DNA from: Octopus sinensis
Lineage: Eukaryota
Assembly (NCBI RefSeq): GCF_006345805.1
Contig: NC_043005.1
Location: 82,088,001 to 82,152,000, forward strand
DNA: 64,000 bases
Direction of reading: 5' to 3'
Positions within the stretch are counted from its first letter, which is position 1. The number at the start of each line of letters is the position of its first letter. The notes below the pieces were generated by a model. That model searched no databases. It worked only from the letters and a program-made list of their open reading frames with translations, and was not told where the DNA came from. Below, piece after piece: positions 28,673-40,749 of this stretch. The translations under genes and the position numbers were made by a program.

Positions 28673-29509
28673 ACAAGTACATATATATATACACACACAC
28701 ACATATATATATATATGTGTATATATGTATCTTACATATATTTCTATCTATCTCTCTATATATGTGTATGTATCACTGTATTTGCCCCTTTGTATGTAGC
28801 TTCGTTGCTGTTTCTCGGAGCACTACATCCATGGGTGTGTGTTTGAGAGTATGTGTGTGTGCGCGTATGCGTATGTGTATATGCATATGAATATGTGTAT
28901 GCTTGTTTACATATTGACTTTGCCGTACATGCACTACTTAGGCATCTGTAAGGCTAGGACATTCCAATGTTTTCTGAAGAATTCCGTGCCTGTTATTTAT
29001 TTTTTAATTAAAATGTAATAAGACAACGCTTGCTATAAAAATCCATGCCTTAGCAGAGTACACATCATTCTTGAAATAACCTTTTATTAATAGAGTGGCC
29101 TAACGAATAATATGAACGATTTCTGATAGAAAACGGACGTAAAAAAATAATGAGGAAACAATAAGGGTCATATCGTGTAATCTGCTGAGGAAGTGAACAG
29201 AAAATTGAATTCATAATTGATGTCTCTGTTTTGTTTCCTTAAACCCTCACTCACTCTCTCTGTGTGTCTTTTATTTCGCTCTCCCTCCCTCCCTCTATCT
29301 ATCTGTTTGTCTGTCTGTATGTCTAACTATCTATTAATATCAGAATCTATTTTGCTGTGTATGAAATCTTGCATTATATTTTGAAATCTGTGACTGTGTC
29401 GAATGATTAGGTTTATGTAAATAGCAGAAAACAAGCTCTTAGCCAAAGAAATAAACGAATAAAATCGGAAAGTATCAGTAATTTAGTATTGAGGCATGTA
29501 TTCCTAATA

Positions 29510-29689
29510 CAGTTCTATATTTAAGAGATGGGGAATTATGTACATCATTTACATTATTTACATTTGACGGATATTTGTCCTCATCTTATTTATTAACACA
29601 ACGTTTCGGCTGATATACCTTCCAGCCTTCATCAGGTGTCTTGGGGAAATTTTCAACCTGGGTTCTCATTCCTAAGGTATTTTTCGTTA

Positions 29690-29750
<61 letters not shown>

Positions 29751-29770
29751 CATTATTATTATTATCATTA
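29510..29770 (-). mobile_element. HHR-bearing non-autonomous retroelement (family E) starting in (AAT)n, head absent
   Basis: Reverse complement aligns with 30020-30170; contains the HHR at 29595-29640. Confidence 0.8.
29595..29640 (-). ncRNA. Minimal type I hammerhead ribozyme
   Basis: Minus strand: GACAC CTGATGA A GGCTG GAAGGTATAT CAGCC GAAA CG TT GTGTT. Stem I GACAC/GTGTT, stem II GGCTG/CAGCC, intact core, palindromic AACGTT stem III, predicted cleavage after GUU. Confidence 0.7.
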
Positions 29771-29886
29771 TTATTATTCAGTAGTTTTATATTTATTGAG
29801 TGCATTCACTTCACTCCCGAGCGCAGCTCTGTGTGCCATGGGTATGTGGTGTGGTTTATTGTGATGCTCTTATGGTTACTGTATTG

Positions 29887-29948
29887 AGGGCTACTAACCC
29901 CAAGATTCCGAGTTCGATTACAGCAGTGACCTGAATAATAACAACAAC

Positions 29949-30005
<57 letters not shown>

Positions 30006-30170
30006 AAGAAGAAGAAGATCGAAAAATATCTTAGGAATGAGAACTCAGGTTCGAAATTTCCTCAAGACACCTGAAGAAGGCTGGAGAGTACATCAGCCGA
30101 AACGTTGTGTTAACAACAATCAAGATGAGGACAGGGCAAGTATCCATCAACTGTAAATAATGTATTTATA
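29887..30170 (+). mobile_element. Family E element: tRNA-like head, (AAT)n spacer, HHR-bearing 3' part
   Basis: GGGCTACTAACCCC anticodon-arm-like hairpin and B box GAGTTCGATT at ~29888-29920, then (AAT)n, then sequence homologous to 29510-29690(-). Confidence 0.78.
30066..30111 (+). ncRNA. Minimal type I hammerhead ribozyme
   Basis: GACAC CTGAAGA A GGCTG GAGAGTACAT CAGCC GAAA CG TT GTGTT; same stems and core as the 29595 copy. Confidence 0.7.
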
Positions 30171-33100
30171 ACGAAAAAGCTTATAATTTTAGTGAGATTT
30201 TAGCTCTCATTTCTTGCAACTAACTAGTCTTCGTAGGTGGTTTGAATAATATATTATTGGATAATATTATATTATTTATAGTTTTCGACATATTCGTTCT
30301 TAAATCTATCGCAGGATGTGTTACTTATTTAACGAAATCAAGACAGGAATCGCTAAGACAATCATTCATTTTGCATGTGCATAACAATCCATTATTTTCA
30401 CACAAGAATCAAGTTGCACAAACTTCGGTGAGCACCAGGCCATTGTACCGTTGCATTGTACATTTTATACTCGCATTGTACTTTTTGTACTTGCATTGTC
30501 CTTTTAATTGAATACTAACTTGATTATAGTACGTTGTAGCCAACAAAAGCGATTTTGCCTTATAAACAAGGATTAGCATTATGATTGCCTCCTTTGATTC
30601 AAGGCTGCATATCAAGGTAAAGGAGGCCTCGGTAGGACTTGGACTCAGAACGTAAATAGCCTGAAGTAATGCCAAAAGCATTTTATCCAACGTGCTCATG
30701 ATTCTGCCAGTTGGCCTCCTTTTAACAGCCATAAATAAAATGTCTATAAAATAGAAAACAAAATCTATATAAAAAGCACAAACCATTTTCTGGTTTCTAT
30801 CTTAAGAAATGGCATAGATAGATCAGGAAGATGATCAAATATGCCCCACATCTTATGATATTTATAATCGACTGAACTGCATCTAGTGTAATAAATAGTA
30901 TTATTTTCAGACGAGAATAGATGCAAAGCATCGGAATCGAATCCAAATCTTGAAGTGAAAAAACAAATTCCGGAGGATCATCACAGTATAACGCCTGCCT
31001 AATTGTGACGTTTTTCCTTACAATATATGTAAAACATCTCAAAATAGCTTCAACAGCACAATCATAAATAGATATCTATAAAACCGATAAGAAACTACAA
31101 AGAAAATATGAATTACTAAAAGATACAATTCATCTTTGAGATTCTATCTTAAGAAATGACATAGATAAAGCAGGAAGCTTATATCCAATTACACCAGAAA
31201 CATTACATTCACGTAGTAGGAAATAAATGCTATATATATTGAGTTAACAAAATGCTTTCGCACATAGAGATAAGTAGTTTAAGAATATAACTCATGACTT
31301 CTTAAAGAAGAATTAGTGTATGGGAGGTTATATTTTCCCTCAACGAAACTAGATTAATACAGTAGCAAGTGGTTACTTGTTGTTTGAAATGATGTTGCAT
31401 TAGATTATATATATCACATCGAGGTAAAGGTTAGGAAAACTATGCACGAATGTAGCATCATTAGCAAAGGCTAAGAAGGAGGTGGAAATTTATGAATGAA
31501 ACAATTAGATTATGTTACTGAGGTTATCGTGGAGGAGACAAGACGTAAACCACAATTAGACGGTTTGCGATAAAACGAAATATTTTTCGAAGACCAAAAG
31601 ATCAACGAATAATGAGTTGTGCGCTGGTTTGTTTGCGTGTATGTTTGTGAGTGTACAGATTAGTTGTTTGCGTGTGTATATGCATGTGAAAGAGAGATAG
31701 GTAGGTAGGGAGAGAGAGGGAGAGAGAAAACGAGAGAGAGAGAGAGAGAAGAGGGAGGTAAAGGGGAAGTTATCTTTAAAACTATCTGTTAATTAGCATA
31801 TCGTATAAATGGAAAAATCCATATCTGCTTAAATGAAGCCAGATCTTTGCCAACATCCCGAGGTTCGTATGTGCGTGTGTGTGTCTGTGTGTGCGCATAA
31901 CGAAGGAATTTTATTAATTCCCAAAACAAAATGACAAAGATACGAACAACATCAACACAAAATCAATGTATTATACTGCGAAATAAAGAAAGGGATGTTG
32001 ACATTTTGGTCACTTGTCCTTTGTTCATTCGTCAAAGCATACACATGGAGACGATAAAAACAAATACACACAAACGCACACACACACACACACATACAAA
32101 TATATACACCTTATTATTAAAGCTGCAAAACTCCACAAAAAACTACTACTCAGAGTTTCACGTTCCCGTTCGTCGGACAGTTTGGTTGAGAATAGAACAA
32201 AAAATTAATGTTATATTTATAAATATATAATATACATTGACAGACACACATTTGAAATTAGTTTCGTTTCATTGGTCCTTTCAAATGACGGTCTTTTTAA
32301 GAAGCGGTCATATACATAATATTAAAATCACGACTTAAAAATTATAAGAAAATTGAAGAAAACGTTATATCAAAATTAACGTCAGTTAGAAAGCAACAAC
32401 ATATATACTCAGAGTAAATTAACTAATGGTAAATTAAATCTACTTAAAATATGCACTAAACATGCAAACTTTGATGCATGCATACTTATATAAAAACACC
32501 TCCAAGCAAAATATTCTCAACCAAAACTGTCCGACGATCGAGAACATGAAACTCTGAGTAATAACTTTTTTTGTACCTTTAATAATAAAACATATTCTAC
32601 CCCGGTATTCCAGTGCCATTTTCCACCTTGTTTAACATTTCTGTCCTTACTCTGGTATATATATATATATATTTCTTTCTTTCCTTTCCTGAGCGTCCAA
32701 TAACACTATACTTGTTCTAAGTCATCGCGTTGTGTTTTCTCTTTGTGTTTTTATGTTTGGATTAACCATATATATATATATGTGTGTGGGGAGAGAGAGA
32801 GAGAGAGAGAGAGAGAAAAGAGCGGGCGTTGGGTGGCAGCATTTAAATCAACGGTAGTTAGGAACGTGTGTATTGTTTCATTGCTTCTGTATAACTGCGT
32901 GTAAGGGTTAAGAGATGGCCAGCGAAAGGCTGGGAATGTTTAAGTGACAGTGGAGCTATAGATATATTGGAAGTGATCCAGGACTTATGAAAATGATATT
33001 GGAAAATATCTTTGTGTGATTGAATGTGATACTGACATCAAAAGATGCATGCGAGAATTGGCCTAATGATATACTAGGATCATGAAATATTCACACAATA

Positions 33101-33639
33101 GAAATCGAAATCGGTAGAAAGGAAGAAATATCGTTCTAATGCTTTTGATTTTTGGTTAGTGTTGGTGTTAGACAAAAGTTATTGGATTATCTTCATTTGT
33201 CGAGACGATCTAATTAATCAGGAAATATTAACTGTTGTTCACTGAGTCGTGAACAGGAATTTTTATAGTGTTGTAAGCATAGCGAAATGATGGTCATTTG
33301 AAGTATCTATGTATCTGTAGTTTATATTATAGATGATATGCGACTTAACTGATTCGTAGTTACCTTCTGTGGTATAAATTAGATATGAAGTCTGCATATT
33401 ATTAAGATTTTAACTGCTAAAGGTTTGCAATTTATATTTTCATGTCACTATTTTAGATTAAAATATGTTGGTTTATTGCAAATCGAGTCCAATTACGAGA
33501 AAGAAAAACGTATATTTGCTGACTTAATACACTATCGATCAACGAGCAGTTACAAACTTAGCATTAGCAATAAATGTAAAGGATTCGAAATAAATTATAA
33601 GTAGTATTGCATCCAGTGAACGAAGTACAAAGCAATATT

Positions 33640-34065
33640 CTTTTCAACTCTAGGCACAAGGCCCAAAAGTTTTTGGGGAGCGGGGCAGTTGATTAGATCG
33701 ACCCCAGTACGCAGCTGGTACTTAATCTATCGACCCCAAAAGGATGAAAAGCAAAGTCGACCTCAGCGGAATTTGAATTCAGAACGTAAAGGCAGTCGAA
33801 ATACTGCTAATAAAAGAATGTTCGTTTCTACTCCAGGCACAAGGCTCGAAATTTTTGGGGGATGGAGACAGTAAAGTAGATCGACTCCAGTACGCAACTG
33901 GTAGTCAATTTATCGACCCCGAAGGGATGAAAGGCAAAGTTGACTTCTGCGGAATTCGAATTCAAAACGTAAAGACAGACAAAATACCTATTTCTTTACT
34001 ACCCACAAGGAGTTAAACACCGCTAAGCATTTCGCCCGGGGTGCTAACGTGTCTGCCTGTTCGTT
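33640..34065 (-). mobile_element. Two tandem family B (Meta-type) SINEs; the second carries a short nested SINE tail
   Basis: TCGACCCC(A/G)AA(A/G)GGATGAAA(A/G)GCAAAGT(C/T)GAC core occurs twice; TATTTCTTTACTACCCACAAGG is inserted at the internal GGTATT site. Confidence 0.88.
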
Positions 34066-34750
34066 GCCTTACAAGTGCAAAGCAATAATATAAGGTTGCT
34101 GACGGTTCAAATTTTGTTGCTCTATATGCGATCGATGTATTGGATGTTGTGGATGCGATATCTTGATGATGGTCAGATTTCTGCACAACGTAGCTTGTTC
34201 TTTGATAGGCTAGCAGTCTCTGCTACACTCTATGTCTATTCACAGACGTCTGTACAACTCAGGGGTAACACAATCTCCTCCCGCACTTACTGTCTCTCGC
34301 TTCACAAATCTCGCAGTAAAAGATTCTTGCAGCCTTTGTTCCGTAGAAAGTTAGCTCTACCACATTGTTTCAATGTAAACTGTTTTTTTTTTCTTTCTTG
34401 TTTTAGTTTCGACAGACCTGCAGAGGTCATGGGCATTGCCCCGCCTGCTGTGACTGACACATTGAAAAATAAATCATTTCCTTTCAGGAAAATTCTGTTT
34501 AGATATAAATTGCAAAAGATAATCGCATTGTTATATCACCGCAGATAGTATTACAGAAGAATGATAATATATGCAATAATATACGGAGCTCGAAAGGAAA
34601 GAAAATAAAGACAGATGTTTTTCTTCTTAAACACAGGTTGCAACATATAAATCAATTAATGTTCTTCTAACTGAAAAATGTATGTTCCAATGCTTTCAAG
34701 GACGAAAGATAAGATTAACTGGCATTCTTCTGTTCTGAGAATGTGATAGA

Positions 34751-34788
<38 letters not shown>

Positions 34789-35394
34789 TAAGAGGATGAC
34801 AATGGATGTCTCCCAACGACCTAATATAACTGTCGAAAGCTAGGAAACTTGCAACACAAATCATGAACTAAAGTAGTAGTAGTAGTAGTCGTATTAGTAG
34901 CAGTAGTAGTGGTGATAATAATAATATTAATTTAGGGCAAGTAAATTCAATTTTATTCTTAAAATTACATGTCAGTAATATTTACAGCTAATACTACTTT
35001 TACTGTTTCTGCTATTGCTGCTATTACTACTACTAGTACTGCTGTTGCTGCTGCTGCAATGACGACGACGAAGACGACGGACTTTATTATGTAGATTATC
35101 TGAAAGTGGCCTAAAAAGTAGGAAACTTTCATTAGAGGTCATAAAGATTGGATAATTGTGAACTTGGCAAACATAAATTAAGTAGAGGGGGTAAAACCCC
35201 TGTAGAACATCCTGGTGGAGGTATTAAGTATTATATAATAGTACTCCCGTGCACATCGCCACCAACACACTACTACATATATACATACACTACATGAGCA
35301 TGTATATATACATGCACTAACATGTGAATGTATATATATACACGCATATACAGACATGCGCACACACAGAGACACACATATATGTATGTATATA

Positions 35395-35530
35395 TTCTTT
35401 TTTCTTTTGCTTGTTGAAGTAATTTTGACTGTGGTCATGCTGGAGTAACGCATTTTGGTCGAAAAAGTCGACCCCTGAACTTATTCTTTGTAATCCTAGT
35501 GCTTATTCTATCGGGAGCTTTTGCCAGAAG
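35395..35530 (-). mobile_element. Family A SINE 3' fragment
   Basis: TTTGACTGTGGTCATGCTGGAG...GTCGACCCCTGAACTTATTCTTTG. Confidence 0.75.
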
Positions 35531-35539
35531 CTTTATCTC

Positions 35540-35958
35540 GGAAATCCGCCGGCCCAATGGTTTTCCTTCATGGCAGAATTAATAGTCCATACTATTTAAG
35601 CATTTTATCTGATCAAATTCATCCTATAGTTGTGGAACTGTTTCCGGAGGAAAACACAATCTTTCAGGATGATGATGCACCAATTCACACAGCTAAAGTT
35701 CTTTCTGAATACAAGAGGAACATTCTAGTGAAGTTGAATATCTTATTTAGCCACAACAGTCCACAGATCTCAATATTATCGAGCAGAGTGTTTTAACTGA
35801 AAAATGGACAGAAATTCTTTTGGAAAAAAATCCAAACTTTGCATGAGTCCATACCTCATAGAATTCAACCTATAATTACTACCAAATAAAGTCCTAACTC
35901 ATATATAAATAAATTTGTTTGAAATTTTAAGGTGTTTCCATTATTTTACCAACCCCTC
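35540..35958 (+). mobile_element. Tc1-family DNA transposon remnant (transposase C-terminal half plus right end)
   Basis: KSAGPMVFLHGRINSPYYLSILSDQIHP...IFQDDDAPIHTAKV then, after a frameshift, ...QSTDLNIIE, matching Tc1 FQQDNAPxH and SPDLNPIE motifs; TIR-like GGTGTTTCCATTATTTT.CCAACCC at the end. Confidence 0.88.
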
Positions 35959-36123
35959 TTTAGGTCCAAATATTCTGTATATTCATTTTGTATCGAAGGC
36001 AAGTGGCGATATGAACAAACTACAGTATTCGTTTACGAGTCACTACTGTTACTTATTTTGCTGTTAGTTGTATTCTAACTCATCTATCTGAGCATATAAG
36101 ATATTTTTTTAAACTTTCAATGC

Positions 36124-36571
36124 TGGTGCTCGCCGGTATTACGTTTGAAAGGCGAGCTGGCAGAAACGTTAGCACGCCGGGCGAAATGCTTAGCGGTATT
36201 TCGTCTGCCGTTACGTTGTGAGATCACATTTCACCGAGGTCGACTTTGCCTTTCATCATTTCGGGGTCGATGAATTAAGTACCAGTCACGCTCTGGGGTC
36301 GATGTAATCGACGTAATCCGGTTGTCTGTCCTTGTTTGTCCCCTCTGTGTTTAGCCTCTTGTGGGTAATAAAGAAATAGGTATTACGTTTGAAACCCCAC
36401 CGCGATTGGTCTAAATCCGCGAAGTAGAATCAGTACTGTACGCTATGTATATATCATAAATTATTTTTATAATCTGTATGCATTTATTTCATCATAAATG
36501 TAAAACAACACGATGGAGGAATTAGGCTTCAATAATAAACCGCAATAGGTGAACAGCGATATGGATTGCTG
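36124..36571. mobile_element. Older copy of the Tigger-like MITE, interrupted by a SINE
   Basis: AATAATAAACCGCAATAGGTGAAC shared with 3165-3188; left part similar to 3000-3035. Confidence 0.7.
36151..36378 (+). mobile_element. Full-length family B Meta-type SINE with 16-bp TSD
   Basis: GGCGAGCTGGCAGAAACGTTAGC head; TSD GGTATTACGTTTGAAA at 36135-36150 and 36379-36394. Confidence 0.95.
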
Positions 36572-37923
36572 TACATTTATTTATGTTATGGTTTCCTGTT
36601 GACTGTTTTAGCCACTGTGACGTCCTACAGAACAAAAAAAAATGGAAAAACACATCCATTGCTATAGAAAGGACAGTATGATAATTAGTTGAATGCCTTT
36701 ATCATAGTTTCACTCACGTAGGGCATTGTAGTGCTGAATGGCAATAACAACTTGATAAAGTACACAGAAGGTCGATGCATTCGTTCCCAGAATGATCAAA
36801 GAACTCACTCACTAATCATTGCACACTGTTTAAAAGAAAAGACCCATAGAGCATAATAAAGATATAAATCATTATGAAAACGCAATAGTCTTTTTCGAAG
36901 CGCTTTTGATCTTATGTCTGCTGAAGAGGTCTGACTTGAGAATAAACAAATATACAACAACAACAGCAACAACAACAACAAGAGAGTAACTTTATTAAAT
37001 CAGTCTTTGTCATTCACCGTCCGCGCTGCATCAGTTGTGCGTGAATAATTGTAATATATTAGGTTGAATATCAATTAAAATTCTCGAATCGAATCCTTCA
37101 ATTAGCCTGACACCTTGTCTTATTTTTGCACACATCCTAACATAGATTGCTCACACTCATAAAGGAAAATGAGGGAATGAATCAAATAAAACAAACAGAA
37201 AGTCTTCTTGATCAGCAAATTCAATAATTCCTTCCGGTTGATTTACCAATTTATCGAATAAATATAAAAATAATTGAAACTCTGATATGGTATTTTTTTC
37301 TGTGACAACTATCGATTTCTACTTATTAAATCTTTTTCTCTTCAGAAATCCTAAGAAAAATCTACTGTATTCGATGCATTAATTTATCAATAAAATCTAT
37401 AAATTATTTGTACCTTCAAGGAAGAATATGTATATAACCTAACAGGCCTTCATTAAAATCATTTATTTCAACGCTAAAAATTCTTAGAAAGACCGATCAA
37501 TATTTCCCCAAGAACAGGACGGTGAATTGATAAATATTACAGAGACAAACTGAATAGTTTCTCCATTTAAACCGTTCACAAGCCAAATATTCCAAGTTTA
37601 TTTTTTCTGCTGTTCATTCGAATAAAATCAATGTAAATGTATAGGGAAAGGGCGGATGTTTACTTTATAGGACAACTGCCAAACAACAATAATAATGTTA
37701 TCTAATTATGGCACGAGACCAACAGTTTGGTGGAAGGTGGTATTTGATACATCGACTCAAATACTTAATGAATAGTATATTTTTTTACAACTCTCTAAAG
37801 ATTCTACCACCTTAACACCGGCGACAGTGTTTCTTCATTGAAAAAGAAGGTACCTAACAACAGAATGAAATATAATAAATTATTAGAGAATTGGCTGACA
37901 ACGACGATTGAGGATGTGCAGCC

Positions 37924-38340
37924 GGCGAGCTGGCAGAGTCGTTAGCACTCCGAGCGAAATGCTTTGCAGTATTTTGTCTGCCGCTACGTTCTGAGTTCAA
38001 ATTCCGCCGAGGTCGACTTTGCCTTTCATCCTTTCGGGTCGATGAAATAAGTACCAGTTCCGCACTGGCGTCGACATAATCGACTTAATCCGTTTGTCTG
38101 TCCGTCTTTGTCCTCTCTGTGTTTAGCCCCTTGTGGGTAGTAAAGAAATAGGTATTTCGTCTGCCGCTACGTGCCGAGTTCAAATTCTGCCGAGGTCGAC
38201 CTTTGCCTTTCATCCTTTCGGTGTCGATTAAATAAGTACCAGTTACGCACTGGCATCGATATAATCGGCTTAATCCGTTTGCCTGTCTTTGTTTGTCCTC
38301 TCTCTCTGTGTTTAGCCCCTTGTGTGTAGTAAAGGAATTG
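37924..38340 (+). mobile_element. Family B SINE with head-body-tail-body-tail structure
   Basis: First unit ends TAAAGAAATA (38150); second unit restarts at the internal GGTATTTCGTCTGCC. Confidence 0.9.
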
Positions 38341-38479
38341 AAATACATACATATGTGCGTGAGTGTGTGCGCAAGTACGTATGTTTTATGTATGCATGTA
38401 TAGATTTATATATGTAGGCATGCACCTGTGTATATACGTGTGTATGTAGGTATGTAAGCATATATATGTGTGTATGTAT

Positions 38480-38870
38480 GTGTCATAATTTATTTGTCAG
38501 TCATTGGACTTTGCCACCCTGAATATATTTAGTAGTACAATTCAACTTCAGTAAATGTTTTTAAAATCTGTTACTTATTCAATCGATCTTTTCTTGCCAA
38601 ACTGCTAGGTAACAGGGACGTAATGAAACCAATACAGTTTGTTAAGTGGTAGTCGGTTATAAACGCAAACGCAACAACACTTGCTATGACGGGCTTTCTG
38701 TTTCCGTCCACCAAATAGAGTCACGAATCTTTCACAAAGCTTTTATCGGGGATGTAGTAGAATGCACTCTTCCAACCTGTAGCGGAATGAGACCGAACCC
38801 GAAACCACCTGGTTAGGAAGCAAACTCCCGACCGCACATCCATGCCTCGAAATCCAACACGTCTCAGACT
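38480..38870 (-). mobile_element. Highly degenerate family A SINE
   Basis: GGGCTTTCTGTTTCCGTCCACCAAA...GAACCCGAAACCAC...AGCAAACTCCC. Confidence 0.6.
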
Positions 38871-39045
38871 CAAAACACGGGCAACGTTTCATTTATCAAA
38901 TTAAGCGTGAAGTCGCGAACGTGTACTGGGGTGGACCGACCTCAATATAGCAAAATTGGTTATGATCTTATTCCTTATGACGTTCTCTCTCTCTTTCCCC
39001 CTCCTCGTTTCTCCCCCTCTCTATCTATATATTTCTCCATCTATC

Positions 39046-39417
39046 TCGGGTTTGTAAGGGAAATAACTATATAAGCATTTTTAGAGATGTAAAGTATAAT
39101 AGCCATCTCCATATGGCTAACCACAAAGGGGAATGTTACTGTAGCTTTTTACGTTCTGAGATTTAATAATAAATTTTTAGAGAGTTACTTCCCTTATATA
39201 TGCCAAAAATACATTAAAAATGGGAAAAATTGATAGTATTTTGTTTTTAAATCGTAGACTCATCGTAGACGTGCGCTAATACCCAGAAGGGCTCGATATG
39301 AATCACGACGATAAGATACCCGGTTTTGGTTAAACTGCACCGCAAAATGTGGGAGTAGTTAGGAATCTAAATCGTAGGAGACAGACAGCACACAACCTCA
39401 CTTTTATATATAAAGAT
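39046..39417 (-). mobile_element. Non-autonomous Helitron-like element, 3' end truncated
   Basis: Minus-strand start A|TCTTTATATATAAAAGTGAGG resembles Helitron 5' termini (TC followed by TATATA-rich sequence); no 3' hairpin/CTAG seen. Confidence 0.5.
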
Positions 39418-39880
39418 ATTTCAGATTGAACTAAGTCACGCGTACGCAGAGTACGTGGGTGTTCGTGTGATATTGTGGTTCAATTGTAATACGATTGTGC
39501 GGAAAATGTTACACATGTTACTTTGACGAAATGAGACTGAAAACAGCTCCATGAGTTGCAACTATAAAAAGAAATCAGCTTTAACCGGAGTCTAATCACA
39601 AAGCGAGCCGGAATCTTTATCTACTAAACGCACTCACGTGAACTTATTCATAGCATAATAGCATACCCACCCGTCCACACATTCAAAACCATACTCCTAT
39701 ATATATATATATTATATATATATATTATATATATTATATGTATATATATTTATATAAAATATTCACACATACACACAACATACAACACACACACATATAT
39801 ATATATATACAGATATATATATATGTATATATGTGTGTGTGTGTATATATAAATATATAATTGTGTGTATACTATATATA

Positions 39881-39923
<43 letters not shown>

Positions 39924-40056
39924 TATTTAATAAAATATTCACACATACACAGACAAACATACACACACACACACATATATATATACAGATATATATATTG
40001 TATATATGTGTGTGTGTGTATATATAAATATATAATTGTGTGTATACTTATATATA

Positions 40057-40103
<47 letters not shown>

Positions 40104-40691
40104 TAGATATATATATGTGATTATAGATATATATAAATCTATTATGTTTGATCACTTTGATAATTTCAGTTATAAAATCTTTTTTTCCTTTGAACTTTTC
40201 TATAGTTTACTTGTTCGTATATTCATCATCGGTTATTTGCTTATTTTATCATTTGATCATTTTCCCAACATATTCAGACGGTTTCAAAACTACTTTTAGA
40301 AACTTTCTTAATATGATTATTCTCTCTGCCACACTTCTTTTATTACATTTCAATTGAAACTGACAATAGTAAAATATATATATTCCAAGTATTAAAATAT
40401 AATAACCCAAATGATAAGCAGGAGCACGAATGAACTATAACCTTTACCGATTGGAAACAATATATATGCATAATAGATATATACATATGTACATACATAT
40501 ATAAGACATATATCTACATGTACATGAATACATATACACACACACATATATATTATATTATATATATATATATATAATATATATATATATAGGTGTGTGT
40601 GTGTGTGTGTGTGTGTGTACGTTGTTGAGTAGATGCGCTTTTATACGTGTATATACATATAATGTATGTGCATATATATACGCATATATAA

Positions 40692-40749
<58 letters not shown>

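Noticed and set aside
29887-29935. tRNA-like sequences (also 10400-10445, 63468-63540) as real tRNA genes
   Set aside because: Incomplete cloverleaf and continuity with SINE bodies; these are SINE heads, not tRNA genes.
30409-30786. 125-aa minus-strand ORF
   Set aside because: Partly made of a degenerate family B SINE (30600-30720).
34075-34548. 157-aa ORF
   Set aside because: Runs through a polypyrimidine tract with no recognisable motif; a GC-richer patch after the acceptor at ~34405 could be an exon, but its frame is undeterminable.
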